A stretch of DNA of 40,923 nt from Tolypothrix carrinoi HA7290-LM1 (GCA_019358935.1 JAHHIK010000075.1:1-40923), one strand, 5' to 3'. Shown: positions 1 to 8,795, numbered from the stretch's first letter. Numbers and translations are program-made. The notes: generated from the sequence alone by a model not told the origin.

Positions 1-126
1 CTGCTCGACACCCCAAGGTACGAACTTTAACGCTTAGAGATAACAGCTACTCTTGCTTAAGGAGTGGTCTGGGGGAGTCCGTATTGCTACGACTTGTTAC
101 GGTCTATGGCGTTTAGATTACTCCCC
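1..126 (-). ncRNA. 5' part of a putative HEARO/omegaRNA (end of an IS200/IS605-type IscB/IsrB element), truncated by the window edge
   Basis: Minus strand reads GGGGAGT..(TCTA/TAGA and CCGTA/TACGG hairpins)..ACTCCCC-CAGACCACTC..GAGTAGCTGTTATCTCTAAGCGTTAAAGTTCGTACCTTGGGGTG. This resembles, from memory, cyanobacterial HEARO scaffolds. No associated ORF is visible in the window. Confidence 0.55.
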
Positions 127-880
127 TATACACCATAGTGGCGCTGGCTTGGTCAACTGGCATTAATATAACTTCATTAATATTGACATGAGTTGGTCGG
201 GTGACGCAGAAAAATATCACGTCAGCGACATCATCTGGTGTCAGGGGAGTTACTCCTTGGTAAACTTGTTGAGCGCGATCGCTATCCCCATGAAAGCGTA
301 CTTGACTAAATTCGCTTTCTACCATACCCGGATCGACAGAAGTTACACGTATCGGAGTTCCCAAAAGGTCTTGTTTTAAACCTTCAGAAATTGCTTTGAC
401 TGCGGCTTTAGTGCCACAATATACATTACCTTTGGGATAAGTTTGATGTCCGGCAATCGAACCAATATTTACCACATGACCGCGATTTCGCTTCACCATT
501 CCTGGGACAATATAGCGGGTGAGGTAAAGTAAACCTTTGATGTTGGTATCAATCATTTCATCCCAGTCTTGAGTGTCACCTTCGTGAAGTTTGTCTAAAC
601 CGCGACTCAAACCGGCATTGTTAATTAAAATGTCGATGTCTGACCACTCTGGGGGTAGGTTAGAGATAGCCGATTCTACAGCAGAGCGATCGCGCACATC
701 TAACTGTAGTAAATGAATATCAGCACTCTTATTATCTAGTTTTGCAGCTAGCTGCTGCAAACGTTCTAGCCGACGCGCTGCTAAAATCAATTTTGCACCC
801 GAAAGCGCAAAAATTCTCGCACAAGCTGCACCAATACCACTGCTTGCACCTGTAATTAAAACAATCTGATTTTGAATCAT
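113..880 (-). CDS. Short-chain dehydrogenase/reductase (YdfG-like)
   Basis: TGASSGIG, NNAG and YCGTK (YxxxK) motifs. Start placed at MIQNQ (880); the upstream extension is translated STRR repeat. Confidence 0.92.
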   Translation of the reverse strand: MIQNQIVLITGASSGIGAACARIFALSGAKLILAARRLERLQQLAAKLDNKSADIHLLQLDVRDRSAVESAISNLPPEWSDIDILINNAGLSRGLDKLHEGDTQDWDEMIDTNIKGLLYLTRYIVPGMVKRNRGHVVNIGSIAGHQTYPKGNVYCGTKAAVKAISEGLKQDLLGTPIRVTSVDPGMVESEFSQVRFHGDSDRAQQVYQGVTPLTPDDVADVIFFCVTRPTHVNINEVILMPVDQASATMVYRGVI

Positions 881-882
881 TA

Positions 883-1085
883 TTGGATAGTGGATAGTGG
901 GTATGGGGCATCGGGCATCGGGCATCGGGCATCGGGCATCGGGCATCGGGACTGGGGACTAGGGACTAGGGACTAGAAAAAGAATTATTACCGATGCCCA
1001 TTGCCCATTGCCCATTGCCCAATGCCCGTTGCCCAATGCCCATTGCCCAATGCCCATTGCCCATTCACAACCAACAACCAACTAC
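883..1085. repeat. STRR-type short tandem repeat complex in head-to-head (inverted) arrangement
   Basis: (GGGCATC)n and (GGGACTA)n followed by (TGCCCAT/TGCCCAA)n. Confidence 0.9.
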
Positions 1086-1895
1086 TTATTTCACAACCTG
1101 CAAACGCTGAGTTACCATTGTCATGCCTTCTCCCCGTAAAATGACGGCAGAAAGCCATTGATTACCAGGGGTGGATGGTGCCCGTCCAACTTTAAAAAGT
1201 CCACCTGTTGTCAGCAATTCTAAATCTACGGATGTGGGAGAAAGATATTTTTCTGGTTGAATCGGTTCTTCTAAAGCGGCGCCTAAAATAAAATCTTCAC
1301 CAAGCGGTTCAGTAACGATCGCATCAAAATTATATTGCTGTCCGACTCGCACTTGCTGTGGTAAATTAATGTTAATTCGCGGTGGTTTAGCACCAGAGCT
1401 AAGTTGAGTGCGTTCGGTCAAAATGTCTTGACGGACGATTTGCGTACCAGAAATGCGCTGACGAGATGTAATTGTCGCATTTAGAGCTAAGTTATTACTA
1501 TTGGCAGAGGGTGAGCCGGTTATATTAGTCACCGTTTCGGCGATAATGGCATTACCTTCTGATTTCCAAGATTGCAGTTGTGTAGTGTATTTTAATTGTG
1601 GATACCGCTGCCACAGTCCAACCAAGGCTTTTTGCATATTGGCGTGAGTTAAGCCATCCCCAGTAGTAAAATTGGGGCTGTAAAATTGCATAACTTTTGT
1701 CACATTGCCTTGACTTGCTGCTGTATCAATTTGCGTCAATAAATTTTTCAGCGCTGGAGGTGCGGTGTCTGGGGTACTGGCTTGAGCGCATTTCCAACCG
1801 GATAATAAACCAAGTGTCAGTAAAAACAAAATTAGCCAGTTTGAGGCTAAAAGTTTTCTTTGGCGTTTAAGTAGTAAGACAATTAGGTTAGGCAT
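1086..1895 (-). CDS. Secreted NTF2/SnoaL-like fold conserved cyanobacterial protein
   Basis: N-terminal hydrophobic segment. The 'IDTAASQGNVTKVMQFYSPNF' pattern is typical of NTF2-like domains, and the gene is divergent from murG. Confidence 0.7.
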   Translation of the reverse strand: MPNLIVLLLKRQRKLLASNWLILFLLTLGLLSGWKCAQASTPDTAPPALKNLLTQIDTAASQGNVTKVMQFYSPNFTTGDGLTHANMQKALVGLWQRYPQLKYTTQLQSWKSEGNAIIAETVTNITGSPSANSNNLALNATITSRQRISGTQIVRQDILTERTQLSSGAKPPRININLPQQVRVGQQYNFDAIVTEPLGEDFILGAALEEPIQPEKYLSPTSVDLELLTTGGLFKVGRAPSTPGNQWLSAVILRGEGMTMVTQRLQVVK

Positions 1896-1980
1896 TGTTG
1901 ATAGGTTCAGGATTTAGCTACAGAAGGCTCGTAAATTGTTTTATCTTAGTTAAGCTTGAAAGCACAACGGTAGAGGGTTG

Positions 1981-3108
1981 ATGGTTAACGCACCGATACG
2001 ATTATTAATAGCTGCTAGCGGAACTGGTGGACATTTATTTCCGGCGATCGCACTTGCTGAACAATTGCCAGATTATCAAATTGAGTGGCTTGGTGTCCCG
2101 AATCGGCTAGAACGATCGCTTGTTCCCAAGCAGTACCCCTTGAATACTATTGCAGTTGAGGGATTTCAGCAAGGGTTGGGATTTTCATCTTTACGGATTT
2201 TGGGTAAACTCGTCGCTTCGATTCTCCAAGTAAGAAAACTTCTGAAAAAAGGTAATTTTCAAGGTGTCTTTACTACGGGTGGTTATATCGCAGGTCCTGC
2301 CGTAATTGCAGCGCGATCGCTTGGTTTACCTGTGATTCTCCATGAGTCTAACGCCTTACCTGGTAAAGTAACACGCTTTTTTGGTCCTTGGTGTGATGCT
2401 GTAGCGGTGGGATTTGAAGTTGCGGCTAAATATCTACCTCGTGCCAAAACTATTTATACAAATACTCCAGTGCGATCGCCATTTTTGAATTCGGGAATTG
2501 TCCCCCTAGATTTACCGATTCCGGAGAATGTTCCTTTAATTGTCGTCTTTGGTGGTAGCCAAGGTGCAGTCGCTATTAATAAGTTGGTGCGTGAATGCGT
2601 TACAGCTTGGTTTGATGCTGGTGCTTGGGTTGTCCATTTGACCGGAGATAATGACCCAGAAGCCGATAAGTTACAGCATCCGCAATATATTGTGTTACCG
2701 TTTTATGACAATATGGCGGGATTGTTAAAACGCGCTAATTTAGCAATTAGTCGTTCTGGTGCGGGAAGCTTGACAGAATTGGCAGTGTGTGGAGTACCGT
2801 CGATTTTGATTCCTTATCCATTTGCGGCAGAAGATCATCAAACTTACAATGCCGAAGTATTTACCTCAGTCGGTGCAGCGATCGCATTCAAGCAATCTGA
2901 GTTAACTGCTGAGGTATTGCAAAGTAAAGTTTTGTATTTGTTGCAGTCACCGGAATTGGCAAAAATGGCTTCAAAAAGCAAAGCGATCGCAGTTCCCGAC
3001 AGTGCGGAAAAATTAGCGCAGTTAGTGCGTGAAGTTGTAGAAATTTCAGAAGGCAGAAGGCAGAGGGCAGAGGGCAGAAGGAACCCACCCTTAAAAGTGT
3101 GGGATTGA
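1981..3108 (+). CDS. murG: Lipid I N-acetylglucosaminyltransferase MurG
   Basis: SGTGGHLFP, HESNALPG, GGSQGA, SRSGAGSLTE and HQTYNA motifs. The last ~20 codons run into a GCAGARG repeat. Confidence 0.97.
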   Translation: MVNAPIRLLIAASGTGGHLFPAIALAEQLPDYQIEWLGVPNRLERSLVPKQYPLNTIAVEGFQQGLGFSSLRILGKLVASILQVRKLLKKGNFQGVFTTGGYIAGPAVIAARSLGLPVILHESNALPGKVTRFFGPWCDAVAVGFEVAAKYLPRAKTIYTNTPVRSPFLNSGIVPLDLPIPENVPLIVVFGGSQGAVAINKLVRECVTAWFDAGAWVVHLTGDNDPEADKLQHPQYIVLPFYDNMAGLLKRANLAISRSGAGSLTELAVCGVPSILIPYPFAAEDHQTYNAEVFTSVGAAIAFKQSELTAEVLQSKVLYLLQSPELAKMASKSKAIAVPDSAEKLAQLVREVVEISEGRRQRAEGRRNPPLKVWD

Positions 3109-3251
3109 AGCAAGGACACCGTTTTTCCTCGCGCTCCTTTTCTCGAAAAACATCTTTTTTTTAAATGGGCTTTAAACCCATAACTAAAGTTTTTTTTTAG
3201 AGGGCAGGAGACAGAATGCCTTCAGCATAGCTGCCTCCTGCCCTCTGCCTT
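3047..3251. repeat. MITE-like element bounded by inverted (GGCAGAR)n / (CTGCCYT)n heptamer tracts
   Basis: GGCAGAAGGCAGAGGGCAGAGGGCAGAAGG on the left and CTGCCTCCTGCCCTCTGCCTT on the right. Confidence 0.55.
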
Positions 3252-3382
3252 TCTTTGTAAGCACAAAGAGTGCTTTATAAAGTACTTACTACGTAGAGGT
3301 GCCAAGAAGCTCTGCTTCTTGTCGCCAGACATCGCCTAAATCGCCAATTGGTATGATTATCTTCTGCGCTTTGTAGTCTGCT

Positions 3383-4159
3383 TCAAGATTGTTGTGCTGC
3401 TTGCCTAACTGCTTCAATATCAATATCTAGCTGTTCGGCTATTTGTTCGACAGTCACACCTGCTTTCAACAGTAGTGGAACAGCAGCTAACTTACCTTCT
3501 TCGCGACCTTCTTCTAGTGCTTCTTGGTAAACTCTAGTTTGTTTTAATGCGCTTAATTTTAGCATATTTTCTACCTCTTGGCGACTCAACAGGGGAAATT
3601 TGTAAACTATAATCGTCTCGATTAAATCTATTATTGCTTGGCTGGTAATGGTGTCTGTTATTTCTTGCCTTGTTTGGTCGATGAGTTGTTTAGCACGATT
3701 CACAGCGGTTTGTTCTGGTTCTACTACTAATTTAACAACGCTAACGCCTAAAGACTCGTTTGATTCTAGTTCATCGAGATAAACGCGCTGTACTTTGTGA
3801 CTTTCGAGCAAAACCTGATAAAGTCTGGTTTCATCAGGTTCTAAGCTGCGTCTGGGGTAGATGATAACAGCGTACCAGTCAACGGTAGCTGGATTCTGGT
3901 CTAAAAACAGAAAAAGTTCTGCAAATACCCGATGATAGAGAAACTCATCTTTTTGAAACTGTACTTCACAGAAATATATAGTTTTGTCAGCACTATTTTC
4001 AGGTGGTAGAAATACTCCATCAATTCGGAAAGCAGTTTGTTTGATTTCGACCGAGCGGAACTGATAACCTTGAGTATTGGTAGGCGATCGCCCAATCAAA
4101 TCAAAGAATATACTGGGAAATTCGGCAAATAATTCATAAAAAATGCTGTCAGTCTTCAC
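3383..4159 (-). CDS. Rpn family recombination-promoting nuclease / PD-(D/E)XK putative transposase (DUF2887-like)
   Basis: MKTDSIFYELF, FRIDGVF, FCEVQFQ and C-terminal TRVYQEALEEGREEG; GTG start. Confidence 0.9.
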   Translation of the reverse strand: MKTDSIFYELFAEFPSIFFDLIGRSPTNTQGYQFRSVEIKQTAFRIDGVFLPPENSADKTIYFCEVQFQKDEFLYHRVFAELFLFLDQNPATVDWYAVIIYPRRSLEPDETRLYQVLLESHKVQRVYLDELESNESLGVSVVKLVVEPEQTAVNRAKQLIDQTRQEITDTITSQAIIDLIETIIVYKFPLLSRQEVENMLKLSALKQTRVYQEALEEGREEGKLAAVPLLLKAGVTVEQIAEQLDIDIEAVRQAAQQS

Positions 4160-4207
4160 TGTTGCGGTAATTAGGCTATAAAGTTGATTTGACGTGCAGC
4201 GTAGTTC

Positions 4208-4322
4208 ATACCAATTTTATGTGAGGCTGCACATTATGCCCTCAGGCTGGAAGCCTGGGGCTACACGAACGAAGCCCACCTTCGTGGGCTAAATTAGGCG
4301 CATCTTCATATAAAAACGGTAT
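4208..4322. mobile_element. MITE with imperfect terminal inverted repeats carrying internal REP-like hairpins
   Basis: ATACCAATTTTATGTGAGGCTGC versus the reverse complement of GCATCTTCATATAAAAACGGTAT; internal AGCCCAC-CTTC-GTGGGCT. Confidence 0.7.
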
Positions 4323-4455
4323 CATACCATTTGAGATTTTTATTTTGCGGAAAGGTTGGATGTATAAACGAGGAAATTGAAATAAATAATAGCTGAAAAT
4401 GTGCCTTTGTTGCTAGAACAAGGATAATACTGCAAATTAACTAGAAGTAAAAATT

Positions 4456-4722
4456 ATGAACATCCAACTAAAACCCGAACAAGAGAAATTAATTCAAGCA
4501 CAAATCGCAACTGGCAGATATACTTCGGCTGAGGAAGTAGTTGATATAGCGTTTCGATTATTTGATAAATTGCATTCTGACTATACAGATTGGATAGAAG
4601 AAACTCGTCAGAAAGTTGATGTTGCTATTGTAGAACTTGAACGCGGCGAAGGTTTGGATGGTGAGACTGTAGTAATGGAGATACTCGAAAGATTCCGTTA
4701 TGCGCGATCGGCACAAGAATGA
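4456..4722 (+). CDS. ParD-like ribbon-helix-helix antitoxin
   Basis: MNIQLKPEQEKLIQAQIATGRYTSAEEVV and 'LERGEGLDGE' fit cyanobacterial ParD-family antitoxins. Confidence 0.75.
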   Translation: MNIQLKPEQEKLIQAQIATGRYTSAEEVVDIAFRLFDKLHSDYTDWIEETRQKVDVAIVELERGEGLDGETVVMEILERFRYARSAQE

Positions 4723-4734
4723 GTATTTATATTC

Positions 4735-4919
4735 ATATCTTGCACCAGTTACATTGTAAACTAGAGAAAGAACCAAGTCAGCCAGCCAGCCAGGGACTGT
4801 AAGTCCCTGTCTAATAGGTAAAGTCCTCTGAAGAGGACTATTAGAGTATTCAAGTTTTATGTCAAATTAGTTATTTAAAAATCTGCGTACAAAGCTTTAC
4901 ACGTATAGGTGCAAGATAT
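4735..4919. mobile_element. MITE with 12-bp perfect terminal inverted repeats
   Basis: ATATCTTGCACC ... GGTGCAAGATAT; internal palindromes CAGGGACT-GTA-AGTCCCTG and AGTCCTCT-GA-AGAGGACT. Confidence 0.75.
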
Positions 4920-4975
4920 AAGGGAAAAGTTGGAAGCAAGTTAGGCGATCGCTGTTAGCAAATCAAAAACAAAAA

Positions 4976-5020
4976 CTCCGCGTACCTTTGCGCTTACCTT
5001 TGCGTCCCTCTGCGTTTAAA
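4976..5020. repeat. 45-bp dispersed repeat; inverted copy at 8493-8537 and degenerate copy near 12744
   Basis: The reverse complement TTTAAACGCAGAGGGACGCAAAGGTAAGCGCAAAGGTACGCGGAG matches 8493-8537 at 40/45 positions. Confidence 0.85.
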
Positions 5021-8000
5021 TCATCTAGACCGCAACAACTGCACAAACGTATCACTCACAGTATGATCCTTCGTGTTGGCAGCGTATTGAATCAACTCTT
5101 CCCGCAGAGCTTTAGCTTTATCCAAATGAAGTAAGGTTGCTAACAAAAAGTATACACCCCGAAAGCGCGGATCGCTCATGTGGTCAATCAGGCGTTGTTC
5201 TGCTGCGTCACCATCGCCGAGAAAAGTTTGTACTAAGAAGAAGTCCATAATTTTATCATGGCGGAAATAGCATTCTTTCTTAGCTTCTCCTTTTTCATCT
5301 TGCCACTGACGGCTGACAACCATTTTATATTTCTCATCTTCCATCGAGTGTAATTCTTGATAGAAAAGCTCACCCGATAAAGCCTTTTCATCATTCAGCC
5401 GCATTTGGTAGACAGCTTCGGAGAATTTTTTCAAGGGAAATTCATGCTTCCATTCTTGCAAGTATTCTGCTGCCATTTCTTTATATTGCTGTTCTTGCAA
5501 GCGAAACAAATCAGGTTGCTTGCCTTGTGATAACATTTGAGCAACCAAAGTTAAATCCATCGGGTTGGAAAGAGTTCGTTGTGCTGCTTCTAATTCTTCG
5601 CGAGATTGCTGTTGGTTGAAGGCTTTTGTCAAGTAGTTTTTGCAAGCTTGCTCGTAAGCAGTACCTTGAATTTTCGCATCTTTGGGTAGTCGTGGCTGTC
5701 GGGAAATCAAAAATTCCTCAATTTGCTGACGTTCTAAAGGTTGCAAGTAATACATCTTTGCCGTTGAGGGGGGTATCCACTCTAGCGGCTGGGTAGTCAT
5801 GATGATGTTACCGCGAAAATAGCTCTCGACAAACTGGGTAATTTTTGCTCGTGTGTCTGCTGTAACTTCGTTAAGTCCATCGATGCAAATATCTATCGCA
5901 CCGCTGTAAATCAGGTTTTTCAGAAATTCCGCATCTTGTGCTTGTCCGTGCAGCTTTGCCTGAATAGCCTCAATTACACCTTTATCGCACTTGTGCGCCG
6001 GCAGATAAACGACAATAGCTTGAGAAGATTTTACCAGATAACGGAGAAACATCGACTTTCCTAAACCAGAATCGCCTTCTAAGACGATTTGCCCTTTGAT
6101 GCTGGGTAGTTCGTGGGTAATTTCTCGGATTTCTCCTGTCATGGGAACTTTCACCCTAGATTGGGGAAAGTATGCTTGGGAATTAAAATTGCTTAATCCT
6201 GCATCTGCTAGGAGGGAAAACTTAAATGGTTCAAATAATTTGCGACGCAAAAAGGGAACCCAAGCGAGGAGAAAGCCGACGTAACCGACACCGAGAATGC
6301 GACGTACCCAAGGGTTCCAGAAGAAGATAGCTTGAACTTGGGGAAATTTAGGGTAGGCAAAGATAAGCGCAAGCCAAAAGGCAGCATGAATAATAAAGGT
6401 GTTTTTGGCAGCGAAGAACCACTTCCAACCTTCGAGATTATTAATCACCGACTGCACCGTATCCGCTTCGTTATGTCCGCCTTTTTTCAGGTTATTGTGG
6501 TGATCTGACAGTAACTTAATATCTTGTGCTTTCCATGAGACTTTTTTGCTAGCAACAACATAGCCTATTTGCTTTGCTAAGTCGTCTTGTAATCGCTTCA
6601 GCTTCTGAGTGTTACTGGTTTCCCAGGCTTTTTTAAAGACATTCAGGGTTTTAACGCCTTCGTCGTGATTCAATTGGGGGGGAATAGTTTTGCTGTCAGG
6701 AATGCCAAGCCATGTCAGCAGCGTTTTCACTTCATCAGTACCACCACTAAGGAAATAGGTGAAAAAACGCCACTGTTCAAATTCTGATTGACCTGCATAA
6801 TAGACGGAATCTAGAATTACGACAATGTTATCCAGATTCAGTTGTTGTGTATTTCCCAATGCGGATGCTGCATCTGCACGAACATTTGGGTGAACATTTT
6901 TATCTTTGAGGAAGTCAGCGATATCTTTAACGTAGGGTTTTGCCGCATCCCCCAAATTTCCCAATGCGGATGCTGCACTTGCACGAACATTTAAGTCAAC
7001 AGTTTTATCTTTGAGGATGTCAGCGATATCTTTAACGTAGGGTTTAGCCGCATCCCCCAAATTTCCCAATGCGGATGCTGCACTTGCACGATAATATGGG
7101 TGAACATTTTTATCTTTGAGGATGTCAGCGATATCTTTAACGTAGGGTTTTGCCGCATCCCCCAAATTTCCCAATGCGGATGCTGCACTTGCACGAACAT
7201 CTGACTCAACATTTTTATCTTTGAGGAAGTCAGCGATATCTTTAACGTAGGGTTTTGCCGCATCCCCCAAATTTCCCAATGCGGATGCTGCACTTGCACG
7301 AACATCTGACTCAACATTTTTATCTTTGAGGAAGTCAGCGATATCTTTAACGTAGGGTTTTGCCGCATCCCCCAAATTTCCCAATGCGGATGCTGCATAT
7401 ACACGAACATTTGACTCAACATTTTTATCTTTGAGGAAGTCAGCGATATCTTTAACGTAGGGTTTAGCCGCATCCCCCAAATTTCCCAATGCGGATGCTG
7501 CACTTGCACGAACATTTGGGTCAACATTTTTATCTTTGAGGAAGTCAGCGATATCTTTAACGTAGGGTTTAGCCGCATCCCCCAAATTTCCCAATGCGGA
7601 TGCTGCATATACACGAACATTTGACTCAACATTTTTATCTTTGAGGATGTCGAGGATATCTTTAACGTAGGGTTTTGCCGCATCCCCCAAATTTCCCAAT
7701 GCGTCAGCTGCACTGCTACGAACAGATGAGTCAACAGTTTTATCTTTGAGGATGTCAGCGATATCTTTAACGTAGGGTTTAGCCGCATCCCCCAAATTTC
7801 CCAATGCGTCAGCTGCACTGCTACGAACAGATGAGTCAACAGTTTTATCTTTGAGGATGTCAGCGATATCTTTAACGTAGGGTTTTGCCGCATCCCCCAA
7901 ATTTCCCAATGCGGATGCTGCACTTGCACGAACATCTGAGTCAACAGTTTTATCTTTGAGGATTTTGGCAGCTTTCTGGGCAATATCCTCCGGTTTCTTC

Positions 8001-8242
8001 GGCACAGCTTTCAAGTCTTGCGCTTCATATCCAGCTAATTTGTCAAAAGCAAGTTTTTGCACTTGAGGATAGCCATCGTCAAGGGCTGCTACTATACCAT
8101 CAATCTGCCACGGTTGCGGCTTCGGTTTAGGCGGTTCTTTGGCACTTACCCAAGAGAAGGAGAGGAGGAAAATAAGTAATATGGTAAAAGGGAAAAGGAA
8201 AAAGGGCGATCGCTTGCTGGTTTTGCGAGCAGTTTTCAGCAT
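5021..8242 (-). CDS. Membrane protein with HEAT (PBS-lyase type) repeats and a C-terminal NACHT/STAND-like P-loop NTPase
   Basis: Signal-like FFLFPFTILLIFLLSFSWVSA; 11 x 35-aa repeats; hydrophobic segments FIIHAAFWLALIFAY and ILGVGYVGFLLAWVPFL; Walker A GDSGLGKS; Walker B ICIDGLNE. Start MLKTARK chosen because the upstream part is translated 9-mer repeat. Confidence 0.85.
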   Translation of the reverse strand: MLKTARKTSKRSPFFLFPFTILLIFLLSFSWVSAKEPPKPKPQPWQIDGIVAALDDGYPQVQKLAFDKLAGYEAQDLKAVPKKPEDIAQKAAKILKDKTVDSDVRASAASALGNLGDAAKPYVKDIADILKDKTVDSSVRSSAADALGNLGDAAKPYVKDIADILKDKTVDSSVRSSAADALGNLGDAAKPYVKDILDILKDKNVESNVRVYAASALGNLGDAAKPYVKDIADFLKDKNVDPNVRASAASALGNLGDAAKPYVKDIADFLKDKNVESNVRVYAASALGNLGDAAKPYVKDIADFLKDKNVESDVRASAASALGNLGDAAKPYVKDIADFLKDKNVESDVRASAASALGNLGDAAKPYVKDIADILKDKNVHPYYRASAASALGNLGDAAKPYVKDIADILKDKTVDLNVRASAASALGNLGDAAKPYVKDIADFLKDKNVHPNVRADAASALGNTQQLNLDNIVVILDSVYYAGQSEFEQWRFFTYFLSGGTDEVKTLLTWLGIPDSKTIPPQLNHDEGVKTLNVFKKAWETSNTQKLKRLQDDLAKQIGYVVASKKVSWKAQDIKLLSDHHNNLKKGGHNEADTVQSVINNLEGWKWFFAAKNTFIIHAAFWLALIFAYPKFPQVQAIFFWNPWVRRILGVGYVGFLLAWVPFLRRKLFEPFKFSLLADAGLSNFNSQAYFPQSRVKVPMTGEIREITHELPSIKGQIVLEGDSGLGKSMFLRYLVKSSQAIVVYLPAHKCDKGVIEAIQAKLHGQAQDAEFLKNLIYSGAIDICIDGLNEVTADTRAKITQFVESYFRGNIIMTTQPLEWIPPSTAKMYYLQPLERQQIEEFLISRQPRLPKDAKIQGTAYEQACKNYLTKAFNQQQSREELEAAQRTLSNPMDLTLVAQMLSQGKQPDLFRLQEQQYKEMAAEYLQEWKHEFPLKKFSEAVYQMRLNDEKALSGELFYQELHSMEDEKYKMVVSRQWQDEKGEAKKECYFRHDKIMDFFLVQTFLGDGDAAEQRLIDHMSDPRFRGVYFLLATLLHLDKAKALREELIQYAANTKDHTVSDTFVQLLRSR
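6852..7963 (-). repeat. Intragenic 105-bp tandem repeat (10 full + 1 partial unit)
   Basis: Near-identical units encoding (A/L)D(I/F)LKDK(T/N)VxxxxRxxAA(S/D)ALGNLGDAAKPYVKDI. Confidence 0.97.
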
Positions 8243-8492
8243 GGGGGACAGGGGGACAAGGGAGACAAGGGGGACTAGGGGGACAAGGGGGTGAATATTT
8301 TTATGGGGAGGCGGTGTACGCAGTTTGTTGGGATTATACCAACGGTATAATATCAGGTGGTTAAATGTCTCATGTTGCTCAGGAAAGAGTTGTATTAACC
8401 ACACAAGTGTTTTATCTTTTACTTATCTTCATTTCCCTTGACGAAGATTTCGGATTGCATTCCGCAAAATCGTGGGGAATTGAGGGTTGAAA

Positions 8493-8537
8493 TTTAAACG
8501 CAGAGGAACACAGAGGTAAGCGCAGAGGCACGCGGAG
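8493..8537. repeat. 45-bp dispersed repeat, inverted relative to 4976-5020
   Basis: TTTAAACGCAGAGGAACACAGAGGTAAGCGCAGAGGCACGCGGAG. Confidence 0.85.
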
Positions 8538-8544
8538 AATTCAT

Positions 8545-8795
8545 TTGTGACCCGATGCAATGCCATTGTCACCCGATGCAATGCCATTGTCACCCGATGC
8601 AATGCCATTGTCACCCGATGCAATGCCATTGTCACCCGATGCAATGCCATTGTCACCCGATGCAATGCCATTGTCACCCGATGCAATGCCATTGTCACTC
8701 GATGCAATGCCATTGTCACCCGATGCAATGCCATTGTCACTCGATGCAATGCGATTCTTCGCCGATGCAATGCGATCGCATCGCGATACAATGTT
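8545..8795. repeat. 21-bp tandem repeat, about 9 near-perfect plus 2-3 degenerate units
   Basis: (CCCGATGCAATGCCATTGTCA)n with no spacers. Confidence 0.97.

Noticed and set aside
881..946. N-terminal extension MPDARCP.. of the SDR
   Set aside because: Translation of heptamer repeats.
6852..7963. 105-bp array as a CRISPR or DGR template
   Set aside because: It is an in-frame coding repeat; there is no reverse transcriptase or separate template copy in the window.
6991..7983. 330-aa alternative-frame ORF over the HEAT repeats
   Set aside because: It stays open only because the repeat unit lacks a stop in that frame; no independent coding evidence.
8243..8404. Longer start for the HEAT-NTPase
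   Set aside because: It runs through 9-mer repeats (PLVPLV) and would bury the signal-like segment.
8545..8795. 21-bp array as a CRISPR
   Set aside because: Units are contiguous with no unique spacers, and there are no cas genes.
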